From: Balanoglossus misakiensis
Lineage: Eukaryota > Animalia > Hemichordata
Assembly (NCBI GenBank): GCA_040954595.2
Contig: JBECUI020000035.1
Span: 122,442-186,441 of the forward strand
Direction: 5' to 3'
DNA length: 64,000 bases
Below are positions 38,115 to 50,873 of this stretch, in pieces (position 1 is the stretch's first letter; each line of letters starts with the position of its first letter). The notes beneath the pieces were generated by a model. It saw nothing but the letters and a program-made list of their open reading frames with translations, had not been told where the DNA came from and ran no database searches. The translations under genes and the position numbers were made by a program.

Positions 38115-38347
38115 TGTTTTATCTCCACTAACTGCCAACACACTGTCCAATTGCACATTCACTCACTGACATATTCAACACACCAGTTTTTTTATTTCAA
38201 TAAAAATTCACAAATGCATGTGAGAAATAACAGAGAGTCAGAAATTGGCATCCACAGGAGTTACTGCATTGCTATATGGTATTATAGAGCAGCCAATGCA
38301 GTCTAACACTTTTATTAGCTTATTAAAGGCAGAAAGTCTCTTTGCTG

Positions 38348-38624
38348 CCCTTTTTTAATAATTATGTGTGATACAAGAGACTGTTAATGTGGATATATAG
38401 TGAATCAACGTTCGACCACACACAGCTTCCATCCAGTTTGTAGGATATGACAGTAAAAACTCGCCCAAAATGAATAAATGGTAAAGACCAATTATTCATT
38501 TTGGCAAGATTTTTCACTCTCGTGTCTACAAGCAGTGTGTGTTGTTGAATGTTGATTCACTATATATCCACATGTACATTAACATAAATGGTGTCTTGCA
38601 TCAAACATAATTAATGGAAAAGGG
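38348..38624. mobile_element. Foldback/MITE-like palindromic element, ~280 bp
   Basis: atgtggatatatagtgaatcaac pairs with gttgattcactatatatccacat; inner ccaaaatgaataa pairs with ttattcattttgg; outer ccctttt/aaaaggg. Confidence 0.75.
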
Positions 38625-39074
38625 TCCCTTTAATTTATATACTTATCAAATTGTAAGCTAACCAATATGGTTAGAAGTCCGATTTGCTTGGACGTGAACC
38701 AATATGATCTATCAAAATTTTCTGGTAAAAGTTTGAGTAACTATAACTTGTGCTTTCACCTTTTTTCATCATGTTGCTTGGGCCCTGACAATGCTGCTTT
38801 ATAGCTACTACAGGATTAGATTACTTCCATTTGGCAGTAGCATATAAGTGTAATGGTGTAGAAAGTTTATCCTGTTTACTGAAAGAGGAATTGCAAGAGA
38901 AACCATGTGTTATAAAAAAAAACTAGAAGATATTAAATAGCCTTAGTAAACATTTCCCAGAAACATTTCAATGAACAGTTACCATAATGTACTTTACATT
39001 AGAGTCAGAGGTGACTAAAAGGCTAATATTGTCATTTGTGAAATGTACACAATTGTATTTATATTGTCGGTGAA

Positions 39075-39420
39075 CTGTTTAGCTGTGTTGTCAGTTATGT
39101 TGAGCTTATTAGATTGGGTGATTGTCTTATTGGGTGAGTGGTGTCACTGTCTGTCACTTTTCTTTACTGAAACCACGGGGCCAATTACTTTGAAATTTAG
39201 TATGCAGGTTCCTAGGGTGAAGTTGGTAGAGTTTATGTAAATTGTGGTGAAATGTGTAATTTTTGATCAATTTTAGTTGTGTTTAGTTAAATTCTTTGTA
39301 CAATTACTTTGAAATTTAGTGTGTAGGTCCTTGGGGTTGATTTTACTGGAATTTGCTCAATTTGTGACAGAATGTGGAATATGTTATTTCGGAAGCAATT
39401 GCTTGTTTGGTCTTTTTTAT
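39075..39420 (+). repeat. Degenerate interspersed repeat, possibly a second HINE-like family; related sequence lies on the opposite strand at ~63000-64000
   Basis: The motif ctttgaaatttagtatgcaggttcctagg has a reverse-complement counterpart cctaggaacctgcaaaccaaatttcaaag near 63197; tttagct...gagct near the start. Confidence 0.35.
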
Positions 39421-39848
39421 TTCATAAACCAGATACTGTGATTGTTTTTCTGTTCTTTTTTGTATGTGTGTCTATTTTCACAATTGAAATAAATTAATAT
39501 AAGGCTATATAAAATAAATTGGTGTTTTATGCTTTTTATTATTGATATTGTTTGTATGGTTGATATCAGATATCATATGTCTTATAGTGAGAAAGAAACC
39601 ACTACACAATCCCTAGTAGTATTTGTGGTAATATATCTGTTTTGAGAATATAGCCCATTAGTATATTGTAGTCTTTGTACAACTTTTCTTCAAAATGTGT
39701 TATATGAACAAATAAAATATGGCAAGAAGATGAATTGTTTCGAAGAATGAATCATAATAAACAGTAGAATTTGGTCAATTTTTGTACAGGCATAAAGAAA
39801 TAGCTTGTACATGAGCTTGCACGACGGTATTTGGTCAATACAGGGCGC

Positions 39849-40111
39849 ATGTATGTATGTATGTATGTATGTATGTATGTATGTATGTATGTATGTAGGT
39901 ATGTATGTATGTATGTATGTATGTATGTATGTATGTATGTATGTATGCATGCATGCATGCATGTATGTATGTATGTATGTATGTATGTATGTATGTATGT
40001 ATGTATGTATGTATGTATGTATGTATGTATGTATGTATGTATGTATGTATGTATGTATGTATGTATGTATGTATGTACCTATCTAACACACAACACACAC
40101 TGTGTATATTT
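39849..40111. repeat. (TATG)n/(CATG)n microsatellite plus ~35-bp flank, an inverted copy of 37757-38006
   Basis: gtacctatctaacacacaacacacactgtgtatattt is the reverse complement of 37757-37793. Confidence 0.9.
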
Positions 40112-40684
40112 GTTGGGCATTTTGGTTTTCTACCACATATCTCAGTAGTTTCCATGCCATAGTGACTCTTCAGTTTTACATAATGATATCCAATATAACC
40201 CAATCTACTATTAATGCGATTTTTTTTTCATTTTGATTGTGGAAATGGTTAAAAATGAAAAACATCTGAATTTGTACTTTAATAAATATAAGCTATATAG
40301 TATTTTAAAATGGTCATAAATTTATGTTAACATGGCAAAACATGTTTTAGTGTTTATGTATACTTGTTTAATATAGAGAAATAATTGTACAAATAAAATG
40401 ACAACTTACTTTTGCTTTTAAAAATAATTAAAAATGGTAATGTTTCTTGAGATATACCAGGGTTTCTAGAATATAGAGGGCGCTGGCACGGGAACATTTG
40501 ATGGTTGTCCCCAATACAACATTCTGGTATCATGTTTTATCATCTGTGGACATTTGGCAGCGATATCCAACAGGATGTGCATAAAATCCCGAGAAGGTCT
40601 TCTCGTTGTATTGCTTCTTGAGATATTGAAACTGTCTTGAATCCCAACGCGAATGTGATGGTGATGCGTATGTTGTTGCACGTA

Positions 40685-43640
40685 GTCACATCCGAAAACG
40701 AATCAAGTGCTCTTGTTGTTCAGCAGCTGAATATAGGTTAGTGGGATATGTGTATATTCTCGTGGTTATTTTTAATGAGTATAAATGACAGAATCGGTGG
40801 TTTGAACGTGTAAGAGTTGTATTGGTTATGTAGTTGTGTTTTATCTAATGGTAGTGTGATTTTAATTGTGTATGAGGCGATGGCAGTTTTGTCAGGCTTT
40901 TTTTATTTTCGTGTCGAGCGACATCCAATATGGCGGTTGTCGTTATATACTGAAAGGGTTTCGTTTGTATGCATGTTTTGGCAAATTGTATATATGTTAA
41001 GATGGTGAAGTTTGCTTGAAGGAATAGAAACATCAGAGGCTGGGTACATCGGAGTTTCTATTTCATTCCATACAAGTTGAAATTAAGCTTATTTTTGGAG
41101 TGTATACAGGTACATATGATTATTTAGAAACGGTTTTAGGCAAGTGAATCTGCTGAATTCGGGCGATCGGTCTTGTATCGTGTGTATGAAACGTACAAGC
41201 AGTGGTAGGATATTATTTTGGGATGTGTACTTCAATAGTTTCCATGTCTCTTATATGTATTTGTCAAAAAATAAACAGTAGTAAAAATGGATTGTATTTT
41301 CCATTATTTTTTCTGTTAATATTGTATGTTTACATGACCAAAAGCCTTAAGGTTTTCATTGGAATTTATATCAGGGTAATCAATTTGTTTATGATAATTA
41401 TTTGCTTCAAATATGGAACAATCTGTGTGAGTACATAACAGAAACAGTGCTAGATAATTTGACATTTGAATTGTTCGTAAGAATGTGAGGACAAGCATAG
41501 AATTGGCCAAATTATGCTGGTGACCACTCTGTTTAGTGTGTATGCTTTCTAGTCGTGACAGGCATGTTAAAAACATAGACAATGAAATCTGGTTGGAGCA
41601 TGAAAAGTAGAGTTGACTTGTTAACATATTTTGATGCCATGAAACCATTTTGTGGACAGGACAATTTTTGTGACCAAGAATTGATTTTCTGAATATCACA
41701 AGGTTGATAGTGAATTCATTGTAATTTGTTGTCCTGTTTAAGTAGTGGGGTTATTGTAAAAAAATCATCATTCGCTATCTTGTACTTGGAGTGATGTCAT
41801 CTCGACATTGATACATTATGGCTATTGAGAGGTGTGTGTTATGCAGGCAAGTGTATATCTTGATGTACTTGTTTAAATACACAATTATACTTAATGATTT
41901 AATTTAAAAGTTTTGTTTATTTTCTTGACAGTTTTGGCTACCAAAGAGTTCTCAAGGTGAGTGTTGGTGTACATCAGTGCAAAGTATCATGTACAAACTA
42001 AGAGATCAACACACTCAAATGTGTATTGTGTCGTGTACGAATTAGTTTCGTAAATCATTTGTAGATGACGTGTTTAGTTTTGTGGTAAGTGACACTGAGG
42101 TTTCAGATCGGATAGGATGATTGTCCAGTGCCATGCATTGTGTGTTAACATGTGAAAGCACTAGCCTAATTTGTTTGAAATTTGGTATTCAGGGATGATG
42201 TAAGAAAAAATAATTTTAACAGTTCATAGAATCAGTGTTTATTAATACTTCAAAAAGGTATGTGACTTGTGGACAGGACAATTTATGTGACCAAGAATTG
42301 ATTTTCTGAATATCACAAGGTTGATAGTGAATTCATTGTAATTTGTTGTCCTGTTTAAGTAGTGGGGTTATTGTAAAAAAATCATCATTCGCTATCTTGT
42401 ACTTGGAGTGATGTCATCTCGACATTGATACATTATGGCTATTGAGAGGTGTGTGTTATGCAGGCAAGTGTATATCTTGATGTACTTGTTTAAATACACA
42501 ATTATACTTAATGATTTAATTTAAAAGTTTTGTTTATTTTCTTGACAGTTTTGGCTACCAAAGAGTTCTCAAGGTGAGTGTTGGTGTACATCAGTGCAAA
42601 GTATCATGTACAAACTAAGAGATCAACACACTCAAATGTGTATTGTGTCGTGTACGAATTAGTTTCGTAAATCATTTGTAGATGACGTGTTTAGTTTTGT
42701 GGTAAGTGACACTGAGGTTTCAGATCGGATAGGATGATTGTCCAGTGCCATGCATTGTGTGTTAACATGTGAAAGCACTAGCCTAATTTGTTTGAAATTT
42801 GGTATTCAGGGATGATGTAAGAAAAAATAATTTTAACAGTTCATAGAATCAGTGTTTATTAATACTTCAAAAAGGTATGTGACTTGTGGACAGGACAATT
42901 TATGTGACCAAGAATTGATTTTCTGAATATCACAAGGTTGATAGTGAATTCATTGTAATTTGTTGTCCTGTTTAAGTAGTGGGGTTATTGTAAAAAAATC
43001 ATCATTCGCTATCTTGTACTTGGAGTGATGTCATCTCGACATTGATACATTATGGCTATTGAGAGGTGTGTGTTATGCAGGCAAGTGTATATCTTGATGT
43101 ACTTGTTTAAATACACAATTATACTTAATGATTTAATTTAAAAGTTTTGTTTATTTTCTTGACAGTTTTGGCTACCAAAGAGTTCTCAAGGTGAGTGTTG
43201 GTGTACATCAGTGCAAAGTATCATGTACAAACTAAGAGATCAACACACTCAAATGTGTATTGTGTCGTGTACGAATTAGTTTCGTAAATCATTTGTAGAT
43301 GACGTGTTTAGTTTTGTGGTAAGTGACACTGAGGTTTCAGATCGGATAGGATGATTGTCCAGTGCCATGCATTGTGTGTTAACATGTGAAAGCACTAGCC
43401 TAATTTGTTTGAAATTTGGTATTCAGGGATGATGTAAGAAAAAATAATTTTAACAGTTCATAGAATCAGTGTTTATTAATACTTCAAAAAGGTATGTGAC
43501 TTGAATGTGTGCAGTACATCATTGTGCTATGTGGTGTTAACACCATTGAATAGTGCCATTACTTACAGCAATCTTACAGCAATGGCTTCAGTAAAACATT
43601 GAGTATGATTTGTGTGATTCCTGATACCCCTGTCTTGTCA
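40685..43640 (+). mobile_element. Diverged paralogue of the Helentron upstream/leader region (11785-13460), without the RepHel ORF
   Basis: Colinear matches, e.g. tccgaaaacgaatc, agaatcggtggtttgaacgt, ccaatatggcgg, tgcttcaaatat, the micro-exon, and cattgtgctatgtggtgttaa. Confidence 0.85.
41651..43502. repeat. Tandem repeat of 617 bp, 3 near-identical copies
   Basis: tgtggacaggacaattt occurs at 41651, 42268 and 42885. Confidence 0.95.
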
Positions 43641-43754
43641 TTTGTGATGTTTTACTGTGTACTTTTTGAAATAAAGAAACTGGTGTGTTAGTTGAATATG
43701 TCAGTGAGTGAATGTGCAATTGGACAGTGTGTTGGCAGTTAGTGGAGATAAAAA

Positions 43755-43828
43755 ATCCTCATGGTGTAATGGTTAACACACTTGTCACTTTGTGATAAGA
43801 GATCCAGGTTCGATTCCTGGTGGGGATG
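43755..43828 (+). ncRNA. tRNA-like cloverleaf (tRNA pseudogene or SINE head), copy 2
   Basis: ATCCTCA TG GTGT AATGGTTA ACAC A CTTGTCAC TTT GTGATAAG AGAT CCAGG TTCGATT CCTGG TGGGGAT G; all four stems can pair. Confidence 0.7.
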
Positions 43829-45043
43829 ATGAAAAAAAGAGTCCATTAGCTGTGTGTTTGAGTATGAGTGTAATATATGTATGTACGTATTTATGCATGT
43901 ATGTAGCCAGCAAACACACAAAACATATTGTGTATATTCAATTCCATACAGTGTTTGATAATAAATATGTTGCTGTTTTACAATTTGGCATTCACTGCTG
44001 ATAATTAGGTTTCCATAGATACAAGCGGAATGCAATAGAAGAGGGATAACCATATACATGTATAGAAAAGGTAGGTTACCCCTTCCCCTATCATCCAAAT
44101 ACTACCACAGAGGGTGCTATACTATATGACCATCAACTGAGTATCATTCAAATACTCTGTGCACAGTGGGTAAATACACATTTGTTTTTAGGAGACTTTC
44201 ATCAGTTGCAGTAAAATACAACATGACTACACTATATACACCAATGAGAATGGCCATGTAATTCAGAGAGTGCTTGATATTAAAACTGTATCATAGTTGT
44301 GGCCTTTACTGCTGATAATTAGTTTACCATAGATACAAGCCCAATGCAACAGGACAGGGATAAACATATGCAAAGACAAGATTAAACCCCACCTCCATAA
44401 TCAAAATACTACCGCAGAGGGCGCTATACTATATGACCATCAACTGAGTATCATTCAAATACTCTGTGCACAGTGGGTAAAGACACATTTGTTTTTTTAG
44501 GAGACTTTCATCAGTTGCAGTAAAATACAACGTGACTACACTATATACACCAATGAGAATGGCCGTGTAATTCAGAGAGTGCTTGATATTAAAACTGTTT
44601 CATAGTTGTGGCCTTTACTGCTGATAATAGGTTACCATAGATACAAGCCCAATGCAACAGGACAGGGATAAACATATGCAAAGGCAAGATTAAACCCCAC
44701 CTCTGTAATCAAAATAATAATAATAATAATAATAATTTATTTGTATAGTGTCAGTATCCACAAAAATGTGATCAATGACGCTTAAAGCAAAAGTACAATA
44801 CAACAAATGGCTAAAAAACAGATTTAAAAAGTAAAGTTTTAACATTTGATTTAAAAACAGATAAGTCTGGTGCCTGGCGAATGGTAAGTGGAAGATTATT
44901 CCAAAGAATTGGAGCAGCAACAGTAAAAGCACGATCACCATAACTTTTGGTGCGTGATCGAACAAGGCAGAGTTTGAACTGATCAGCTGACCTTAAATTG
45001 CGACACGGAACATATAGATTAGTCATGCTAGAAAGATAGATTG

Positions 45044-45288
45044 CGCCAGTGGGGATGCAAGCCCAATTATCGATGAGTCGGAATCACAACCAGACACTTG
45101 GAAGTTGAGAACAATAACCAGTTTAATCGATACACTTCGTCGATCGATATATAAACATACATAGAGCAATGGCGGTCCAGCGGGGAGAGAGAGGACCGAG
45201 CATGCGCAAAAGGAACAAAAGTATAAACTAGTAACTACGAGTGAGGGCGTGCTACCGAACGCACTCCAGCAACACTAATGGAATGGCG
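45044..45288 (-). repeat. 3' LTR (245 bp)
   Basis: Identical by eye to 50629-50873; preceded on the minus strand by the purine-rich gtaagagaaggtgg (PPT, ~45292-45305). Confidence 0.95.
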
Positions 45289-45515
45289 TAGCCACCTTCT
45301 CTTACATCCACTTCTCTTTCTGTCCATCGAGCAGGAAAAAAATTTGACACAGGAAATGTGAGCATAAAATGCAAAGAAAAACATGAACATGCATGTTGAC
45401 TGAGTCCTACAAAAGTCAAAAGCTGCAATGAAAGTGAGAACATGAAAGTCAATAAATATAAATGGGAGTACTGGGGGCAACACTGTTCAGCACAAAAATA
45501 TAAAGGTCTGAAACT

Positions 45516-48500
45516 CTAAAAGTTCACTTCATAGTCATCAAAGCGGGTGGGACGACGGCGAGCGCGGGTGGATTTTCTTGTACCCTCAGTGGTGAGAGGT
45601 TGATCTGGTCGACTATCTTCAGCAGGAGCTGACATGTCAGTGGTTTCCATGGGGCTGCACACTGTGGGTTGGATATCACTGGTACTGGTGTCGCATTTGG
45701 TAGTAGTAGTATCGCAGACACCAGGTGTGGTACTTTGTATGTGATCTGACTTCCTGGGCGATGCGAGTTCCGAAGGAATGCTTGGGGGTTCAGGCACTGC
45801 GGTTGGTGGCCGACACGGTGTATCGTCATCAGATGAGTGCTCCTCGTTCGCTCCCTTCATGGGTATTGAGTGATCGGTCGCTGAAAATGGCACTAAGTAG
45901 CATTCTGACTGCTTGACGCGATACGAAGTCTTACGGAGTTGGTTTCCGCGGAACTTACGGATACAACACCATGGCGGGTCGCTCTGGATGACCAAGTAGC
46001 GGTCTCGAGAACGGGATTTGTTGCGGTCTGAGTGTAGGTATACCAGGTCCCCAACTTCTAGCGACGGGGCTATTGGCATGCGTCTACTGGGAGTTTTGGA
46101 GGTCTCACTGGAGCGATGGTTGGCCTTGCGGAGGGCGTGTTGTGCAAGAATCAGCTGTTGGTCACTGATCGGTAACTGATCATGGGTAAACTGGTCTCTT
46201 TGAGTCCACATTTCACGGGAAGACAAACCTCTAGACCTGATGCGGGAGTTGACGTGTGAGAGGGCTATGGCCAGGGAGAGTGGTGTGATGGTAGAACACA
46301 GAGGGTCCTGGCGTAGGAGCTCGTCTTCAATTTCTTGAATAGCTCTACCTGCGACAGGGTTTTTGTTACGATTCTTGATGCGACCAATTTCAATGGTCAA
46401 CCTGTGCTGACGAAGGAGGTCATCGTTGATGAGGGCTGCAAAGCCCGGAGCTGGGTCAGTACGGATAACAGCGTGTGGACCATCTAAAGGTCGAAGTTCA
46501 ATGCAAAGTCTCACGAGGGCAACACGTAGGGTATCATGGCGTTCGTCCTCAATAAGACAAGCTGACGTGAATGATGTGACGCATTCGCGGAGTACTAGGA
46601 CTAATTGACGCTCACGCTTGATTATATCAGCAGCGAAGGAAATGCCGATGACTTCAGGCGGATCTGTAGTTGACTGTGTGACTATGGTATTGGGAACCTT
46701 GGTGAGTGAGGCGCAATGGTGGCATGTAGAGGAGACATGCTCGATGGATTTGTCCAAGTCCAGGGCGTAGAAGTAGCGATGTGTCACTTGCTTCAGTTGG
46801 TGGCATGATGGGTGACCTAGACGAATGTGAATGGCAGTCAGAAAGCCATCCAAAACTTGTCGGGGAACTACGATGCGGTCACTAGGAGGGACAAAGGGAT
46901 CCGTCCGGGAGACAACAAGCAACCCATCCTTGGCAATAGTTACGTTGTTCAGGTAGCGTTTTACATCCCTGATGTTGGTGAGCTTCTTTGATGGACGCGT
47001 TCCCTGAGTTAGGTGGGCGTGAGTACGACGCAAATCTGGACAGTCGGCTTGTATGCTGAGCCAAGTCGCCCTGTTGGTAAATGGTAGCTTTGCGTTACCG
47101 GAGATGACGTCCTGTACGGACAGGGATCTGACAACAGAATCTTCGGTACGTGCGACGAATGTGCAGATTTGGCAAGTGGGAGAGTCACAATCTGGGGCAT
47201 TACGACTGGCGAAGTCTGATGGGATGTTTTCGCTGCCAGCAAGATGTCTCACAGAGGCCTGGTACCGGCTCACGGTTGAGAGGAAGGTTGTTACTCGTGG
47301 GCTGGCGGAGAATTCGCCGCGGCACAACTTCTCATATGCTTGTACGCATGGTTTACTGTCTGTGAGTATACATGGCTTGTGATGAGACTGTATAATATAA
47401 GGGCTAAAATGCTTGGTGGCAACTGCAATGGATAGAGCCTCAACCTCGCAGGGGAGCCAAGTGACCTGCCGACCACGAAGTTTGGCACTGAAGAATCCAG
47501 CAACGTGGAGTTTGTCATCTCGGGAGACATATAATGTAGCACCAATTCCGTTGTACTTCACGGCACCATCTGTGATGATCCAAAGTTGGTCGGATGGGCG
47601 TGGCAAAGTGATCGATCGGCTTGTGGAAAGTGCAGACTGGGCAGTGTGGAAAGCCTCACGGAGCTTGTCAGTCCACTCAATACGGTCGCTAGACTGTTTC
47701 CCAGCGGCGGCATCTTCTAACGCTGTGAGGAGAAATGCGCAGCCTGGAATTACTCTAGCTAAGACCTTGTATGCACCTATGAAAGATCGAAGTCCACGAA
47801 CATTCTCTGGTGTAGAGCATGAGGAAAGGGGTGCGATACGGTGTTTGCTGGCACTGATTGTTCCTTGGTGCCAAATCCATCCCAGGATCATGGTAGTAGC
47901 TGGGCATATAGCCGTTTTGGCGGCAGAAAGGCATAATGCCAACGCATGTAATGCCTGTAGCAGACGTTTCCAGTTGGTCTTGAGCTCATGTATGGAATTA
48001 CCACCACAGAATAAGTCGTCAGCTAGTTTAGCTACAACACCATCTGCAAGGAGATCACCTAGGACGCGACACATGAGTTCTTCGAGGGCAGTTTCAGAAC
48101 CGGGCATGCCCATAGCACATCGTGTGTAGACGCGTATGCCTCGGAACGGAGTAGCTACGCCGCAATATTTCAGGGACGTCCTTGAAAGCGGTATTTGGTA
48201 GAAGGCCTTGGTGAGGTCTGTGGTAATTATGTATTTCCACTGCGCGATGTGGCGAAGAGTACCATCCACATCTGGTAATACAGACGGCTGGGGTTTGCTA
48301 TAGCGACCCACGTCAGCGAAGGCAGTGACTAGTCTAGAGCCACCGTTGGCTTTTTTTACCAGGAATGAGGTGTTTATGTATTCGACGCTAACACTCAGGT
48401 CTTCTGGTCGGGCGAATACACCCATTTCTTCCAACTCATCGAACTTGGCCTGTAGTTCCAACAGCTTGTCATGTGGATAGAAGGGGAGGCGCCCCTTTCG

Positions 48501-50462
48501 CTGTGGTGGTTGCACAGGGCCCATATTGACAACTGCTTCGAAGGGACCCGACGCACCGTTGTAGCCCTTGACGGTAGGGTTGAAAACGTCATCAAACTCT
48601 TGGTGAAGAGAGCGGAAAGCTGTACGGTCTGCTTGTGATAGGAGATTGTCAGGGTCAAGCTTAATGTCATTTGAGTAGTTGCCGACAGTGGTTGGAGACT
48701 TGGTGGGGAGAGTCTTCGTGGTGGAACTGCTGTGATCTATGACTGGGGTGAAGGTGGCGCGTACTTGGCAAAAGTGTTCGTTGCGCTGAAGTGTTTGTGG
48801 ACTGTCAGATAAGTTGGGAATGCGAAGTTTTCCAGCTACACTTGTCAACAGGTCTGGTGCTGGCCATGTGTTGTTAGGCGTGAACATCTTGTTAGGACGT
48901 GTGTCTGATCTAGGTTCGACTGCGTACGTCGTGTCAGTGGCCTGGAGTTCTGGTGGTAACTCTACCTCGATGAAGTCACCTGGCCAAATGGTAGAAGACA
49001 CGGGAGGGGCCCTGAGTACATGGGTCCTGCGGATGCTGTGGCCGGTTGCTGGTGTTGACCCGTAGGTGTATGTCGTACCGTCACCGATCATGATTTGGCA
49101 CTTGGCTGGGCGGACACTGATGTCATTTAGCTCCATAAAGGGAGTCCCTGCCAATAAGTCGACATCCAGGTTTTCCACAACTAGGCCCTCGAATATGAAG
49201 TTGATGTTGTCGCGTGTCAATTGGAATCTAGTTTCGCCTACAACTTTCAAGGGGGAAGAGCCATCGGCCTGATGTGCGGATTGGGAACTGGATTTTATTG
49301 GTACATTCAGTCGTCTGGCTAAAGACAGGCGCATCATGTTACCAGTGGCACCACTGTCGATAATCGCGCGGACGGTTTGGTAACCATAGAAAGTATCCAG
49401 GTATGGTGACTGGCGGACCTGAATTCGTAGGGCGGTGTTGGTAGTGCTTGAGTCTTGTTGTGAGAGTTCATCACTTGGAAGACAGTCATCTTCATCACTG
49501 TTAATGTCGAATATGTTAGCAACCTGTCGTGCTTTGGTCATGAACCGGCGATCTTGGTCTGGTAGGAACTCACACTCACTTAGAAAATGCTGAGCCGGTC
49601 TGCCGGCTTGCTTGCACAGGGGACAGGAGCGATATGTTTTACGGCTTCTCTGTCTTGCTTTGGGCGGACCAGTAGAGCGAGTGGGAAAGTTGTCCTTATA
49701 ACGAGTGGTGTTGTGGTAGTTGGCTGCGGCGGTGCGCATGACAGTGGCGTCTTCTGTAGTGTGTATCTCATCCAGGAGAGAAGATAATGCCTGTGAAATT
49801 TCTGGCTTTACGGAGGCTAATGTACGGGTGCGTAACTCCGTGCCGTACCGTTGTTTAACAAGTCTCGGGAGATCTTTATGTATTAGCTGCAACCAGGTTA
49901 AGACCACAAAATTTTCCAAAGATGGGGAAAGCTCTTCATCCTCGGTAATGGCATCGCCGTGGTGGGATATACCGCTATCACGACGGAGTAGGTTGTCCTC
50001 AATGAATGCGGTGAGGCGTTGGTAGAGGTCTTCAGGACGCTCATCGGGCTGAAGGTGGATTTGGCAAAAATCGATGAAATGAGCGCCAGTAGACTGGAAA
50101 CCATAATGTAAACAAATTACCTGCCAAATACTGTCTATGGATGTCGAGTTCTTGACAATAGTACTGCGGGCTATAACGGGGCAGTAGTTGGCTATTTGGC
50201 CCAACATAAGCTCCAGAGCATTAACCTTCTGCTGGGCTGTAAGGCGTTTGTTTGCGCTGATGTCCTCACCGTCGTTGGTAAACCCTCTCAGTGGACTAGA
50301 CTTCGTTTTCTTTGTCCATTGTGCGCCCTCAGCGAGGAAAGGTGCAAAATTAGCATCAAGTGATAACGTATATCTGAGGTTTTGGCGCCAATTCTCGAAG
50401 GAATTAATAGTCTCTGATTTACTGAGACACCATTGCTTGGGTGCCCGCTGGAATGATGCCAT
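45516..50462 (-). CDS. Gag-Pol polyprotein, 1648 aa
   Basis: Zinc knuckle [18 protein letters not shown]; protease IIDSGATG; [11 protein letters not shown]...MGM...LADD; RNase H ITDG...EVEAL...LTDSKP...SDFASR; integrase H..H...[16 protein letters not shown]. Confidence 0.96.
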   Translation of the reverse strand: MASFQRAPKQWCLSKSETINSFENWRQNLRYTLSLDANFAPFLAEGAQWTKKTKSSPLRGFTNDGEDISANKRLTAQQKVNALELMLGQIANYCPVIARSTIVKNSTSIDSIWQVICLHYGFQSTGAHFIDFCQIHLQPDERPEDLYQRLTAFIEDNLLRRDSGISHHGDAITEDEELSPSLENFVVLTWLQLIHKDLPRLVKQRYGTELRTRTLASVKPEISQALSSLLDEIHTTEDATVMRTAAANYHNTTRYKDNFPTRSTGPPKARQRSRKTYRSCPLCKQAGRPAQHFLSECEFLPDQDRRFMTKARQVANIFDINSDEDDCLPSDELSQQDSSTTNTALRIQVRQSPYLDTFYGYQTVRAIIDSGATGNMMRLSLARRLNVPIKSSSQSAHQADGSSPLKVVGETRFQLTRDNINFIFEGLVVENLDVDLLAGTPFMELNDISVRPAKCQIMIGDGTTYTYGSTPATGHSIRRTHVLRAPPVSSTIWPGDFIEVELPPELQATDTTYAVEPRSDTRPNKMFTPNNTWPAPDLLTSVAGKLRIPNLSDSPQTLQRNEHFCQVRATFTPVIDHSSSTTKTLPTKSPTTVGNYSNDIKLDPDNLLSQADRTAFRSLHQEFDDVFNPTVKGYNGASGPFEAVVNMGPVQPPQRKGRLPFYPHDKLLELQAKFDELEEMGVFARPEDLSVSVEYINTSFLVKKANGGSRLVTAFADVGRYSKPQPSVLPDVDGTLRHIAQWKYIITTDLTKAFYQIPLSRTSLKYCGVATPFRGIRVYTRCAMGMPGSETALEELMCRVLGDLLADGVVAKLADDLFCGGNSIHELKTNWKRLLQALHALALCLSAAKTAICPATTMILGWIWHQGTISASKHRIAPLSSCSTPENVRGLRSFIGAYKVLARVIPGCAFLLTALEDAAAGKQSSDRIEWTDKLREAFHTAQSALSTSRSITLPRPSDQLWIITDGAVKYNGIGATLYVSRDDKLHVAGFFSAKLRGRQVTWLPCEVEALSIAVATKHFSPYIIQSHHKPCILTDSKPCVQAYEKLCRGEFSASPRVTTFLSTVSRYQASVRHLAGSENIPSDFASRNAPDCDSPTCQICTFVARTEDSVVRSLSVQDVISGNAKLPFTNRATWLSIQADCPDLRRTHAHLTQGTRPSKKLTNIRDVKRYLNNVTIAKDGLLVVSRTDPFVPPSDRIVVPRQVLDGFLTAIHIRLGHPSCHQLKQVTHRYFYALDLDKSIEHVSSTCHHCASLTKVPNTIVTQSTTDPPEVIGISFAADIIKRERQLVLVLRECVTSFTSACLIEDERHDTLRVALVRLCIELRPLDGPHAVIRTDPAPGFAALINDDLLRQHRLTIEIGRIKNRNKNPVAGRAIQEIEDELLRQDPLCSTITPLSLAIALSHVNSRIRSRGLSSREMWTQRDQFTHDQLPISDQQLILAQHALRKANHRSSETSKTPSRRMPIAPSLEVGDLVYLHSDRNKSRSRDRYLVIQSDPPWCCIRKFRGNQLRKTSYRVKQSECYLVPFSATDHSIPMKGANEEHSSDDDTPCRPPTAVPEPPSIPSELASPRKSDHIQSTTPGVCDTTTTKCDTSTSDIQPTVCSPMETTDMSAPAEDSRPDQPLTTEGTRKSTRARRRPTRFDDYEVNF

Positions 50463-50589
50463 GATGTACTCTGGTAATGACTACAACTTCTGTGCTATCC
50501 AGTTAATGTATACTGACCGGTTGTACACTATGTGTGTGTGTCCGACAACTTGTTGACCAGGCAATATATGGTCCAGCGACGACTGTTAT

Positions 50590-50628
50590 GTCTTCAGGAG
50601 GCGTGTAGATTCGAAATCGCTGCCACCA
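50590..50628 (-). promoter_or_regulatory. Primer-binding site complementary to the tRNA-Leu 3' end
   Basis: The minus strand reads TGGTGGCAGCG immediately after the 5' LTR; eukaryotic tRNA-Leu(AAG/UAG) ends CGCUGCCA-CCA (from recall). Confidence 0.8.
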
Positions 50629-50873
50629 CGCCAGTGGGGATGCAAGCCCAATTATCGATGAGTCGGAATCACAACCAGACACTTGGAAGTTGAGAACAAT
50701 AACCAGTTTAATCGATACACTTCGTCGATCGATATATAAACATACATAGAGCAATGGCGGTCCAGCGGGGAGAGAGAGGACCGAGCATGCGCAAAAGGAA
50801 CAAAAGTATAAACTAGTAACTACGAGTGAGGGCGTGCTACCGAACGCACTCCAGCAACACTAATGGAATGGCG
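50629..50873 (-). repeat. 5' LTR (245 bp)
   Basis: Identical by eye to 45044-45288. Confidence 0.95.

Larger units (their letters stand above)
45044..50873 (-). mobile_element. Full-length Ty3/Gypsy LTR retrotransposon
   Basis: Two 245-bp LTRs, PBS, PPT, a single gag-pol ORF with PR-RT-RH-IN order, and TTG on both flanks. Confidence 0.97.

Noticed and set aside
37588-40203. MYVC/HTYI repeat ORFs (also at 25288-25640)
   Set aside because: Translations of (TATG)n microsatellites.
43755-43828. Functional tRNA-Lys(TTT) gene
   Set aside because: The anticodon loop is not 7 nt, there is no U33 context or oligo-T terminator, and the body does not resemble tRNA-Lys; kept only as tRNA-like.
45524-50556. 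Plus-strand and alternative-frame ORFs within gag-pol (e.g. 47413-48129)
   Set aside because: Shadow frames in GC-richer coding sequence; no env-like or other motifs recognised.
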